Positions 1 to 10,869 of a stretch of 64,000 nucleotides of DNA are shown here, piece by piece (the first letter of the stretch is position 1; each line of letters starts with the position of its first letter). The translations under genes and the position numbers were made by a program. The notes under the pieces are model-generated. The model searched no databases and was not told the origin of the DNA. It saw only the letters and a program-made list of their open reading frames with translations. Source of the stretch: Podospora anserina (lineage: Eukaryota). The DNA lies in the NCBI GenBank assembly GCA_017654855.1, contig CM030337.1, forward strand, positions 2,418,001 to 2,482,000, read 5' to 3'.

Positions 1-336
1 TTTGAAAGGTGGGTCCGTGTGACTCTCAGCAGTCCAGCTGAAGGAGTAACATGACCATCCTCACCGCCCCAACCACACCAAGAGCAACCTGGGATAGCAA
101 CATGTCCAATGACCTGAAGGTGGTCAATTCGAGCAAATGTGAAGTTGCAAGCGCGCACAGACCATCTACGTGGGGGGATATATACTCGACTTTCTGCCCA
201 CCAAATTCCCAACTCTTCCCTCTTCTCTTTTTTCAGCTCTCGTCACAATACCTATTTTCTCGTTTTGCCGCCCTTTTTTCTGTTCCATTTTTTCTTCTTT
301 TTCAGAAAAGAATCCCGCGCCGCCTGCTCGCCCGCA

Positions 337-691
337 ATGGCCCAGCCCAACTGGCACAAGCGTTCTTCCGAACGCCCAGACTTGGTAAGTCGCTTCCGCA
401 TCCTTTCCCCTCTGTCATGCGAGCCATTCCTCCTGCAAGAACCTCTCGGTTCCGGGGAAGTTTTCCGTTGCCTATCACACCTGATAAGCTGCTTTGTCTC
501 ACTGGGATCACATTGTTGAACTGTTGGCTTCGTCCGACCAGAACGATGCTGATCTCGTTCAAAGTTGGAAGGTGATGGCCACCCAGGAGCCGCACTTGTG
601 TTGGATTCGGGTGTCTGGTTCCAAGAGACCTCAGTCGCCTCACACAACGCCCCTGATGATAGGGCAGTGGTTCCACGGTCTCGCCGCCTAG
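337..691 (+). pseudogene. Orphan gene or relic; 16-codon first exon (MAQPNWHKRSSERPDL), downstream structure uncertain
   Basis: TATATA at 179-184, pyrimidine-rich leader, ATG at 337, exon 337-384 ending TTG|GTAAGT. Same architecture as 14430-14477(-). The 3' end is a guess (possible acceptor near 541, stop at 691). Confidence 0.4.
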
Positions 692-1591
692 ATATCCTAG
701 TTGCCCGTGTCCGGAAGGCCAAGAAGAGATTCAGATTTGGAGGGTGCGCTGTCAGGTGCAGAGTAATGATAATGGACTCAGTTGCATGGCAGCTTGGAAA
801 CCGACTTACTCATCCTTTATGCCGATTCGTGATTGATGACTGGGTGAGCAGAACCTCTTCGAGCATTTCCAATTTCGCCCGCCGACGTCCGCGTACAAAT
901 GTCATCAGCACGTAGGTTTGTCTCCAATGTATCCTCCATCTAATAGACACCAAAGCTCCAGAACCGAGTACAGGATACGAAGAAGTAGCTGCGCCGGATA
1001 TATCAGCACTCATCTTGAATCTGTTTTTGTGTCTTTCGGCTACTTCATCAAATCTCAAACCTCACAGTTACCACTTGCTGGACATATGCTGGGATAAATA
1101 TCTATACGTCTGCAGGCGTTTCTTGAGTATTGGCTCCATCGTTTATACATGCCACACCATAAAGCTGGGATGCTGTACACGCGCCACGCTAAAACGGCCA
1201 AGATTAACATTGATGCTTCTGCAAAACGTTGATACAAATTAGTGAGCTTCAGTTCATCTTGATCAGAGTGTCAAGAGTGTCACCTGATAGCTTTTCATTG
1301 CGTAGCAATGTCTCAGCTGAAAACACTTAGTTTCTGTTCAAACAAAGGGTTACATCCAACGCAGACTTCCCATCAATGCGTTCAAGCTGGGATCTACCTC
1401 CTATATCTTAAAATCTCCTTCACCAGTCCACCTCACCTGCCAATACTTTTTCAATTCCCCACGCAAAATCGACCACGCAAAAATAACTATTCAATTGACT
1501 CCCTAAATATCATACATCTACCACCAAACCCACAACAACAAATCCCACATCAATCTCCTATCTTCCCTCCCCCCGACCCACAACAACCAAT

Positions 1592-1970
1592 CTAATTCGA
1601 CCTCTTCTTCGTCCCCCCAAGAACATCCTGCACGGTACCCCCAATAGCCCCCTTATCAGTAAACTGCTTCCCAATCATCCCCTCGCTATGCAGCGGTCCA
1701 CCAATGTTTTGACCAATGCTCCCGATAACGCCGTCCTCTGCTCAATTCATCACCAGTCAGTTCTCCCCTTTCTATCTATCTTGCAGTGAAGCACTGACCG
1801 GTAAACTGCTTCCCAATTGCGCCCTCGGAATCAAAAACCTTGGGCTTGTCCTCACCCAACCCTGCTGTTGCGCCTGTGGTGACGGAGCCGACCTTTCCGC
1901 CGGTGGCTTTGGCGCCTGTGTGGGAGTTTTGGGGGACTTTGCCTGAGGAGCCGAGACCGGAGGGGTTCAT
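1592..1970 (-). CDS. Small Gly-rich hypothetical protein (105 aa) with two G[AM]IGKQFT repeats
   Basis: Exons 1970-1799 and 1737-1592; GTCAGT...CAG intron at 1798-1738. Splices in frame to MNPSGLG...DSEGAIGKQFTEDGVIGSIGQNIGGPLHSEGMIGKQFTDKGAIGGTVQDVLGGTKKRSN*. Confidence 0.8.
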
Positions 1971-2437
1971 TTTTGGTGGTGGTTTGATTGCGGGGTTCAA
2001 GTGATATTGTGTTGAGATGCAAATATGATTGAACATTGGAGGGAAAAAAATCAATGCTGTGAAGGGGACGAAAGAATGTTATATAGGTATGTGCTGGCCG
2101 TTGTTGCTACCTGTTGTTTAGGGTCCAAAAGTGGTGACATAATAGGGGTCGAGCTGGGTGGGTTGGTGTGGTGATGTCATCATGTCGATGCGCCATATGT
2201 CATTGTTTCCCCCCTGGGCCGCCGCGCCGGAGATAAGCCCGGATAGATCCTGGGCGAGTTCAAAGAGGGATTAAAGGGTCGGGATGGATAGCGAGTTCTT
2301 TTCTGACATGGTGGCGTCAAATCTGGTTGAACTGCTGTCTTTTGCACAAGGGGGGGTTGGTGCAGAGATTAGGGCCTACAAATGTGCATTGTTAGGCAGG
2401 CATTACCAGTACATAGGCAACTTCCACAAAAGCCGCC

Positions 2438-3297
2438 TTAACCCCTTCCCTTCAGATACGTCTCGCTTACCCCCTCCTCACTCCCCCTCAGAAACTCCTC
2501 CAACCCGGTCAACTTCACCCCCCACTCCTCCGTCTCCTCCCTCTTCATAAACCTTCCCATCACCCTCACCGCCAACCCAGTCGTAACAAACGGATTCTCG
2601 CCCTTCTCCCTCTCAACCTTCTCGTCACTCACCTCCTCAAACCTTATCTCCCTCCCCGTCACCCTCCCCAGTATCTCCATCACCTTTTCCGGCGTTAACT
2701 CCTCCCCAACAATATTTACCTCCATCCCCTTCAACCTCCCCACCGAATCTTTAAACGCCTCCACGGCAAACTTGGCAATATCCACAGTAGCAACAAAAGG
2801 CAGTTTCACTCCCTTTTTGAAAGGCATCCTCCAGACACCGGGTTTCCTTCAGCCCGGGGTACATCCCCACCTTTGGCTCAAGGAAATTCTCCATGAAGTT
2901 CGCGCCTCGCAGGATCGTCCAGCTGTCCCAGTCCCCAAGCTTGATTTCATTCTCGATGGCTTGCTTAGACTTGAGGCTGGCGACTATGACAGGGCTGCTG
3001 TCTCTGTCGACGTTGAAGTGCTCTTTCAATGAGGACAGAGCGGCGGCGCTGGAGTAGACGATTTGTTTGATGCCGGCGGATTTGGCGAGGGAGGGGAGGT
3101 TGTCCCATGACCCCTGGGTGAGGGTGACGCCGAGGAAGGAGAGGGTGGTTGTTGCGGGGGAGGTGAGAGAGCGGACTGTGGCGTGGACGGGGCCAAAGGG
3201 GGGATTGGGAGCGGAGGAGGCGAGCGAGGTTCAGGCCCTGGGATCCGGTGGCAGAGGTGAGGAATATGGTTGGGTTTTGGGGGTTGGTGGTGGTCAT
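2438..3297 (-). pseudogene. NmrA-like NAD(P)-binding protein pseudogene
   Basis: ORF pieces in different frames match 9351-10289 (TIFLTSATGSQGLNLARLLRSQSP; WDSWTILRGANFMEN). Frameshifts near 3190 and 2840, plus loss of ~33 codons between WDNLP and SLAK. Confidence 0.9.
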
Positions 3298-3643
3298 GTT
3301 GATTTTGGGGGGTTAGGTGAGAGTGTGGCTTAGACGAGAGAGGGGGATCATCTGGCAGTGAGATGGTGGTTAGTTGGCTGTCATGGCAGTCATGGTGGGC
3401 GGGGAAGGTCAACTTATACTCTTTCTTGTCATGTTCTTATCTTTCCGGCTTGCCGCCCTGGATGGCATGATGGCGGCATGAGATGGTACCTTCACACCCA
3501 GAGAGTGTCTTGCTTCGTTCAATTTGACGTTTCCAGTGTTTTTGCAACACCAACAGGCAGTCAATGCCGGACCGATATGAGGTAGCACTGTGCCTACACT
3601 GTGAGTAGATGACATTCCATTGGCCAGTCACAAGTTCCTCAGC

Positions 3644-3657
3644 GGCGGAAACCCGCC
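3644..3657. promoter_or_regulatory. CGG-N4-CCG inverted repeat (GGCGGAAACCCGCC), candidate Zn2Cys6 site
   Basis: Conserved with 10697-10710 inside a duplicated promoter block. Confidence 0.45.
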
Positions 3658-3698
3658 AGTTCTGCTGACAACAGCATCAGGACTGAAAAACGCCACCG

Positions 3699-4397
3699 CA
3701 GCTCGTTCTACACGTCTTCAACTCGACGCCAAGTGGACAGCTCCCCAACCTCTGGCATAACCGCGCCGTTCACCCCATCCCCACGACTGTGGCAGTAGAG
3801 TGTCTTTTTGCCCGTTTTGCCTGGATCATTTTAAGCCACTGTGTTTTCGATATATTCCTCCCCTCGACGTTTGTACAGAGGCGCCTGCTTCTCTGGAGTC
3901 GCGAGAAGGGTAAATGGGAGACCGAAGAGGTTAGTCCTGAGATGTGCAGGCAGATGTGGAAGAATGCTAGGTCGCGCTCTCCTAGGAAGAGAAGCGCACC
4001 GAGGTCCGACGATGCCGCTAATGAAATACTAGCAATGGAAAGCCCCAGTCCACGTGATAGCGGCTGCTTTGGAAGAAATACTCTGGAGAACGATGACTGT
4101 TATAATGACGAGTTCGTTTATGCGAAGTAATATCAGGAGGAGCGTTTGGGGCGGCTACGGAAGCGGAAGCGTAGCTCCGAGGAGCTTGGTGATGTTGAGC
4201 TCATTTGCTACAGTGGTCTAGGAGCTTGGCCACTAAGATATAAGCTCCGATCTATACTTATTTTGAGGACCAGCCTTGTCTGTCAAAGCTTTCAAATATC
4301 AATCTCAATTGGAGTTTTCGCTGACAGTCCCTATTCCTCCCTCCTGCTCTTTTGTAAACCCTGCACTTTGACTTCCTGGTTAAGTTTTCCAGTTTAA
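3699..4397 (+). pseudogene. 5'-truncated fungal HNH-endonuclease-family gene (C-terminal half)
   Basis: Frame reads QLVLHVFN...LWHNRAVHPIPTTVAVECLFARFAW...RRLLLW...RSRSPRKR, typical of the region after fungal HNH_2 domains. In-frame TAA at 4128-4130, then EERLGRLRKRKR. N-terminus absent. Confidence 0.6.
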
Positions 4398-4486
4398 GGT
4401 CACTTTTATTCTCATATGCCCGTTTCCACCTCTCGACTATCCGTTTAATTACCCTCTATTTTATATTTTTAAATAGTATAGTAAGG

Positions 4487-4890
4487 TGTCACGGTTCAGA
4501 AGAAGCGGGGACGCCAGGACCAGTGGGACTGGAGCGGGCGGTTAAGTGGGGCCTGCGGGGCAGGAAATAGCACGGGCCAGGAGATCTAGGATTTGGAAGG
4601 TAGATCCATGGATCTAGAGTTTGGAAGCTAGATCCAGAGGATTTAGGAAATAAGAGATAGATCTAGGTACGGAGGTACTTGGAGCCCTAGGTCTATATAC
4701 GCGGAGGGACTGGCCGGGTTAGATAAATAGTTCCGCAGTATGTAATTTAAGTCACAGTTATTAGTATCTAGACTATTGTAATTGAGACAAGCCACTTATT
4801 ATACACTGTTTAGCTGTACCGAACTAAAATTATTTAGAAGTGCCTTCGACTAGTATTCCTTTTAAAGGTTCTGGATAGAGGTTCGTTATA
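4487..4890 (+). mobile_element. Solo LTR, RIP-mutated (possibly crapaud-like Ty3/gypsy family)
   Basis: Starts TGTCACG and ends CGTTATA (RIP form of CGTTACA). Internal GATCTAG repeats and a TATA-like site near 4693. Its 3' ~40 nt match the reverse complement of 62812-62850. No matching TSD. Confidence 0.75.
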
Positions 4891-5424
4891 TATTATAAGA
4901 GGAGAAGGCCGGTTTAAAGAAGCTAAACATTACTTTATACTTTACTTAAAGTCGCCCAGACTTTCCGAGTCTAATAGGCTCCTAATATTATCTAATTTAA
5001 CTAACTTTTACTACGAACTTAATTACCGGTAAACTTAATATTATAAGGAAAATTTAGGGCCGAGGTCTAGCTCTTATTTTTTTCCTTAGCTAGGTAATAA
5101 TTTATGGAAAAGATATAAGCTTTTTAAAGTTATGAGCCTTCGAAAGGATACCGACGGATATTACTCTTCTTAACTCCCTCCTAAAACTTTAGGATTACCT
5201 TAGACTACCCCCTCCTAAAGCCGCGCAATCGTGACTTAATTAGCGCTCGGGCTTCCCTTTTTTTTAAGATACGATGGAACTACTTTAGGTTAACTATAAT
5301 AGGGTTTTTTTTCCAACTTCTATATATGCTATCCGCACGCTTTAGCCCCTCACTAACCGTCGTTAATACGGCATAAGTGAAGGCTTCTAGGTAGTTCGCA
5401 GCTATATCCGGATTCGCTTTTAGG

Positions 5425-5632
5425 ACTAAGATAATGGTGATCCAAATAGCTGTATGTACCCCCGTCTTCCAATAATCTAGCAAAATAGCCCCTGCCGAGG
5501 CTTCCGCAGCCACTAGAATCGCATAAGCGTACTAGTAATTCCAACCGGCCGCAAAAGCTAAGCTGTTATCGGTATATTAGTTCGTAAAATACGGTAGCGT
5601 GATGCTTGTTATCGGGAGGTAGGTTGTTATTT
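5425..5632 (-). pseudogene. RIP-mutated amino-acid permease (APC/YAT) fragment
   Basis: Translates AEITTYLP...SLAFAAGWNY*YAYAILVAAEASAGAILLDYWKTGVHTAIWITIILV, the GFAxGWNYW motif of fungal amino-acid permeases with W replaced by TAG. Confidence 0.75.
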
Positions 5633-5846
5633 CAGCAATATTTATTCCTGCCCCTAACTACTAATAAATTGCATCGTTGAATAGCGCCGCAATTATTTGC
5701 CCTACGGTAAGGAAGAGAGAAAAGCTAATAGTATTTCCTCTGTAAGTTTAAAGACGAGGTGACGAGCCTATTTAAGGTAGTTAAGTTAAGAAAAGAACGA
5801 AAAAACGCTTTAAAGGAGACGAATGTAGTAAATACTTAATATATAT

Positions 5847-6310
5847 TGTAAGTAAATAAGTATTACGCCCTAAGTATAATAACCCCGTGAAGGAACCACT
5901 GGGTGGTTCCCGAGGTGCTGGAATACTTTAGCTAATTATTGGGCTAGGGATAGGAAAACCTATAAAGTCCCTATATAACTAATTAGGAGGTGCTTAGTTT
6001 AATTAGTAGCTAAGACCACTAAGTATATTAAGTACATCGATTATAAAAGATTGTTTAGTTTGCTTAGCCGCTAAGACCATTAAGTATATTAAGTAAGGTA
6101 TAAAGATACTTTAGAAATATATGTAGATAGCTATATATAAATAGGAGGGAGCGCCTAGCGTTTTTTATATTGAGGAATTTAATTCCTTACGTAAGTAATT
6201 AAGTTTATTTATTTATAATTTACTCTTAAATAGTTCTTTATAGAACGACCTGTTATTGATAGTAAACCCCTTATTTAAAACGTTTATTATAACCTTTAAT
6301 TATCTTATTA
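5847..6310 (+). mobile_element. Probable second RIP-mutated LTR-like relic
   Basis: 26-nt direct repeat (6009-6034 / 6070-6095, one mismatch) followed by TATATAAATAGGAGGG, resembling a U3 region. Termini not resolved. Confidence 0.35.
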
Positions 6311-7199
6311 TATTTACCTCTGGCGTACTGCTTTGCAGTCTGTATTTATTCCCGGTGTAGGTTGTAATAGTAAGGTAGTGTAAAAGCTTAATTCTATTTA
6401 ACGGTGTATATAACGGGAGAGTATTTAATAAAGCTAATAGACCTTAGTATAGATCCCGCATACCGATTTTATAATATTATACTTTAAAAGAAAGTATGGA
6501 AAACTAGTATATTAATTTAATAATCTATTTAATTTAAAAAAAAAAGTATTTAAAATATATTAAAAAAGGAGCCTTTTATAGATATTTAGTCTCTATACCG
6601 CTCCTTATTTTTCTTTTCGAATCTCTTCGATTTAGTAATACTATAGTGGTTCGTATTATTAATTAGCTCGTCGGAGTCCCCGGTAATCCATTAGAAATAG
6701 TAGTTTAATTATATTAAAGAGCGCCGAATATTACGGAGTTCCGGTACCGTTTCGAACTTAATTACGTTAGAGAGTACCGAATAATATAGGGTTCCGTTAG
6801 CGTAACGAAAGTGTATTACGGTCCACTATAACTCCCGGAGTTCCGGGCTATTACGGGCGCTGTGGCCTACTATAACCGTTATGTCCCACTATTACGGTTA
6901 TTGTGGTCCGCTATAACCGTTGTGGTTTTAAGCCGTTAAGTGCTGCAAGTGCTGGAAACTATAAGTAAGAAAGCACTATAAAATCCATAATTAGGTACTA
7001 TATTTTAATATTATTCTTACGCCGCTATACTTTATAAAAGGGTATGCCGGTTTTTTTAATACTATTTAAATAGGAAAACCGTGCCTCGTGGCCGGGTGAA
7101 AAACTTATATCGGTAGTAAATAGGAAACTAATCTAAGGGAAATAATATAACAATTACGAATTAAGGGAAAAGCTTTATATAAAGCTTTAAGGACTAATT

Positions 7200-7745
7200 G
7201 TCCTCGACTTTAGCCGCCTTTTTTACCTTTTCCTCTTTCTTTCCGGCCCCTACGTCTCCGTAACTTAGCTTCGACGTTAGTCTATATTTTACTAGGCGGC
7301 CTAAACCTATTAGCTAATCTAAAACCTTTCCTAATAGCTATTAGTTCCGGTGTTTTATACCCCGAAGTACGGTGCTAAGATCCCGGTATATACGGATGTT
7401 GTTTTTCGGCTAGGATCTAGGCTTCGGTGGTACTGGGCACTATATAACAAGGTGCTCGATTGTTTTACGGCCCTCTCTATAGGTACAGTGGGAGGTAGCT
7501 AAGCCTAGGACTTACTGTTTGAATAGGAAGTCCCGTAAACCTATCGCTCTTGTACGAGCTTAGATAGTAGAGAGCTCTCTGCTTTAGTTAAATCCTTGTG
7601 TTTTTTTAGGGTCTTATTTGTGAAAAGTGTTTCTGGCGGTCCCTCGTTTGCTAACCTAGTAGGTTAGTCTCCGACCTGCTTCTTCCAGCAGTATTTCTAT
7701 GCCTAGTATAGTGCTTTTTCTGCCGCGGATACATATCTCTGTCTG
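7200..7745 (-). mobile_element. Non-LTR retrotransposon (Tad1-like LINE) ORF2 3' relic
   Basis: Degenerate translation LTKAESSLL..ARTRAIGLRDFLFK..V.G.ATSHCTYREGRKTIEHLVI*CP resembles the C-terminal CCHC region of fungal LINE ORF2. Many RIP-type stops. Confidence 0.7.
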
Positions 7746-8091
7746 TGGCTCTCTCTATGGCTTTCTCCATAGCTCTCTCTGTGGCTCCTGTACTGGCTAA
7801 TCCAGTGGTCGATGGTAGTAGCGGCTCTCGAGATAACTGTAGGTTCTTGTGGGCGGGTGAGTTATCGTCCTGGTCTTTGTCTTTAGAATCGTCGGTATAT
7901 CCTATTACAGGCGATAAGAGATATATATACCTATATATATAGGGTAATGTATGCAAACGCCTAATTATATTTATTGGATATATTCTTGGGGGAATTCTAG
8001 TTAAGGAGGTGGGTGATATGTCTCCAATTTCTAAATTAATTAGTGAGCACCAGGGTCTTTCGATAGCTAAATAATGGACTGCCGCCCAACT

Positions 8092-8697
8092 AACTCTTGA
8101 TATTGCTAAGTAAAGGCGATAAGGACGATCTTGCGAATCTTAAAGCCACTACCGGCGCCCTGTTCTTCGGAGTGCCTAATCGTGGCATGGACAGTTCCGC
8201 CCTGCTTGCCATCATCGGCTCGCAGCCAAGCCAAGAGCTCCTTCGGTCACTCAGCATTAACTCCCCGATCCTCAAGCAGTAGCCGCAAGACTTCCCGTCC
8301 ATTTTCAGCTTCCACGACTCGGTTATCTTCTCCTTCTTTGAGACACGGGTCTTAGGCACGGCCAAAATGGTGGGTAAAAATAGCAGCCTCCCGAACAACG
8401 CTTTCTCGTTTCTCTACTTCCTCTTCCCCGGACTAATCAATCAAAACACATCTCTTGGAAAATGGAAAATTAACAATGAATGGCGACCCCGTGGTTTTAG
8501 TGGACAGGGATTCAGCGACTCATAGCCGCCCCTGGGAGGTGGATGACACCTACATCATCCCCATCAACCGTGCCCACTCGGACTTGGTAAAGTTTGAGCG
8601 GCATAGCGATGACTACGAGACGGTTCTCCGCCATTTGAAGAGGTTAGTGAGGACGTCAAAGGATGTTGTTGCTCGACGCTTTAGCTCCGGAGTGTAA
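8092..8697 (+). pseudogene. SesB-like/SERAC1-type alpha/beta-hydrolase, 3' half
   Basis: ALFFGVPNRGM...SFFET...|ENG...GDPVVLVDRDSAT...IPINRAHSDLVKF motifs. In-frame TAG at 8280-8282; intron from ~8371 lacks an AG acceptor; 5' half missing. Confidence 0.75.
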
Positions 8698-9350
8698 GAT
8701 TGAAGGTGCAAAATACATTGTAAGGGTATAACAGAACTGCAAGAGCCCCCCCGGACACGCTATAGTAAATCCCATATACACCACAGCCCGACCCAGAGAT
8801 AATTCATTTATACGCTTACCTTCTACGTAGTCACCCGCGGTCTCCCTAAATGACACCCCTCAAAGTCGTAACTAACGTCGCCAAAGCTGATCTTGTACTT
8901 GTACTAGCGCCTTCTCTAAAAGCAACGCCGTTTCCTTTTAAATATTATTTCCCTATCTCGGTTTACCGAAATATTAAATAGTTCCTAACTTCATCGAGTA
9001 TATAAGATTTTGTTTTTATATTAACTAGTTAATAATGTTACTATGTGGTAGTTAGGCATTAGGTGCCGGGTAGGTCTTCCACACCTGTCCACATACCTAC
9101 CAGAGAAACAACTCTATCAAACCAAGTCTAACCTTAACGCCATACTAATATAGGACTAGTTCAACCTAGGCCATCACGGCCTTGTCAGCACTTAAAAGGG
9201 AGGCCTGGAAAACAGCAATGAACATGAAACACTAGCAACTAACAATGCTGGCATCTGCATATCTTAGGTAACCCAAATCTAAGCACAACCTAACAACATC
9301 CCAGACACTTTATCCAAAACTCCAAAAACCACGAAAAACTCTCACCAACT

Positions 9351-10289
9351 CTACAAATATGTCTTCCTAACTGCCTCCTCATTCCTCCTCACAAACTCCT
9401 CACACCCTGTCAACTCCAAGCCCCACCTTTCCGTCTCCTCTTTTTTCATAAACTTCCCCATCACCCTAATCGCCAACCCAGCAGTAATAAACGGATTTCT
9501 TTCCTTCTCTCTCTGAACCTCCTCATCCGTTAGCTCCTGAAATCTCATTTCCCGTCCCGTTGCCTTGCTCAACGACCTCATCAACTCCTCGGGTGTTATC
9601 TCATCCCCAACGATATTCACCTCCTTCCCCTTTAGCCCCCCCTCCGGATTCTTAAAAGCCTCCAACGCAAACTTGGCGATATCGGCCGTATCCACAAATG
9701 GGAGCTTTTGCTGTGATTTGAACGCGACCCTGAACACCCCCGTTTCTTTCAGCCCTGGATACATCGCAACTTTGGGATCAAGCAGATTCTCCATGAAATT
9801 CGCGCCACGAAGGATAGTCCAGCTGTCCCAGCCACCGTTCCTAATTTCCTTCTCAATAGCCTGCTTCGACTTCAGACTGGCGACCATAAGTGGGCTTCCG
9901 TCTTTCTCCACGTCGAAGTGTTCCTCAAGGGAGGATAGAGCCGCTGCACTGGAGTAGACGACTTGCTTTACACCAGCGGCTTTGGCAAGAGACAGGATGT
10001 TCTTCGCTTGAGTGAGTTCATGGGAGAAGTCGGTGAAGTCAATGATGAGGTTGAGGAAGAGTGCGGTGCAACCCCTGAGGGCTTGTTCAAGGGCCGGGAG
10101 ATCATCCCAGGAACCGAGGGCGAGGGATACACCTAGGGAGGAGAGTTCCTGGGCAGCGGGTGAGGTGAGGGACCGGACTGTGGCGTGGACTGACCAGGGG
10201 GGAGATTGGGAGCGGAGGAGGCGGGCGAGGTTGAGGCCTTGGCTACCGGTGGCAGAGGTGAGGAAGATTGTTGGAGATTGGGTGATCAT
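9351..10289 (-). CDS. NmrA-like family NAD(P)-binding protein
   Basis: 312-aa uninterrupted ORF with N-terminal TSATGSQG Rossmann motif, KSKxxIE and WTILRxxxFMEN. Confidence 0.9.
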   Translation of the reverse strand: MITQSPTIFLTSATGSQGLNLARLLRSQSPPWSVHATVRSLTSPAAQELSSLGVSLALGSWDDLPALEQALRGCTALFLNLIIDFTDFSHELTQAKNILSLAKAAGVKQVVYSSAAALSSLEEHFDVEKDGSPLMVASLKSKQAIEKEIRNGGWDSWTILRGANFMENLLDPKVAMYPGLKETGVFRVAFKSQQKLPFVDTADIAKFALEAFKNPEGGLKGKEVNIVGDEITPEELMRSLSKATGREMRFQELTDEEVQREKERNPFITAGLAIRVMGKFMKKEETERWGLELTGCEEFVRRNEEAVRKTYL

Positions 10290-10696
10290 GTTGAGTTTGA
10301 GTGAGGTTGTCGCCTGAGAATGTGAATGATTCTAGAGAGGGATATCATTTAATGGGAGATATAGAGTCAGCTGGGGATTATTGTGGATGGGACGGTCAAT
10401 TTATAAGGTGTTGAGATTGACTCCTTCGCGGCATTCCGCCCTCGAATTGACCTTGTGCTTGTGGGACGGTTGAAGCGAGGAAGCTCGGACATGTCGGCAA
10501 CTACTGAAAAAGCCGCATGACACCGCAGTTGAGTGACGAAAGATACGTTCCTGCAATAATTCGACTTCCACAATACCGCAGCTCGACCTTGTTCTTTGTA
10601 ATGTCTCTTTTGGTGCTAGCAGCATCATGTCTAAGTGCACTGTACTAGCACTGTGAGCCGACGACATCCCATTGGCCGGCCACAAGTCCCCAAGTG

Positions 10697-10710
10697 GGCG
10701 GAAATCCGCC
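10697..10710. promoter_or_regulatory. CGG-N4-CCG inverted repeat (GGCGGAAATCCGCC) in the NmrA/TF bidirectional promoter
   Basis: Perfect 5-bp arms with a nearby ATTGG (CCAAT box); conserved in the paralogous promoter at 3644-3657. Confidence 0.5.
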
Positions 10711-10869
10711 AGCTATGCTGACAACCTGCATTCTTAGACATTAACAAACACGCCATCAGTTCTGTCGTTGTCTCCGCCGACCGCTTTGCAGGCGCCTGTG
10801 GTTGACATTCGCCAGTCTCCATCTTAGCGAGTCACAATACTGAACTGTTGAGGCACTGTACAGAATAAC

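Larger units (their letters stand above)
4390..9250. repeat. AT-rich RIP-mutated island of transposon and gene relics
   Basis: Visibly high AT, TpA excess and CpA/TpG depletion, few ORFs, and CAG/TGG-to-TAG-type stops in recognisable relics. Boundaries approximate. Confidence 0.85.

Noticed and set aside
5892..5910. GGAACCAC-TGG-GTGGTTCC hairpin as a Helitron 3' end
   Set aside because: No CTAG|T terminus or TC start identified; it more likely lies inside an LTR-like relic.
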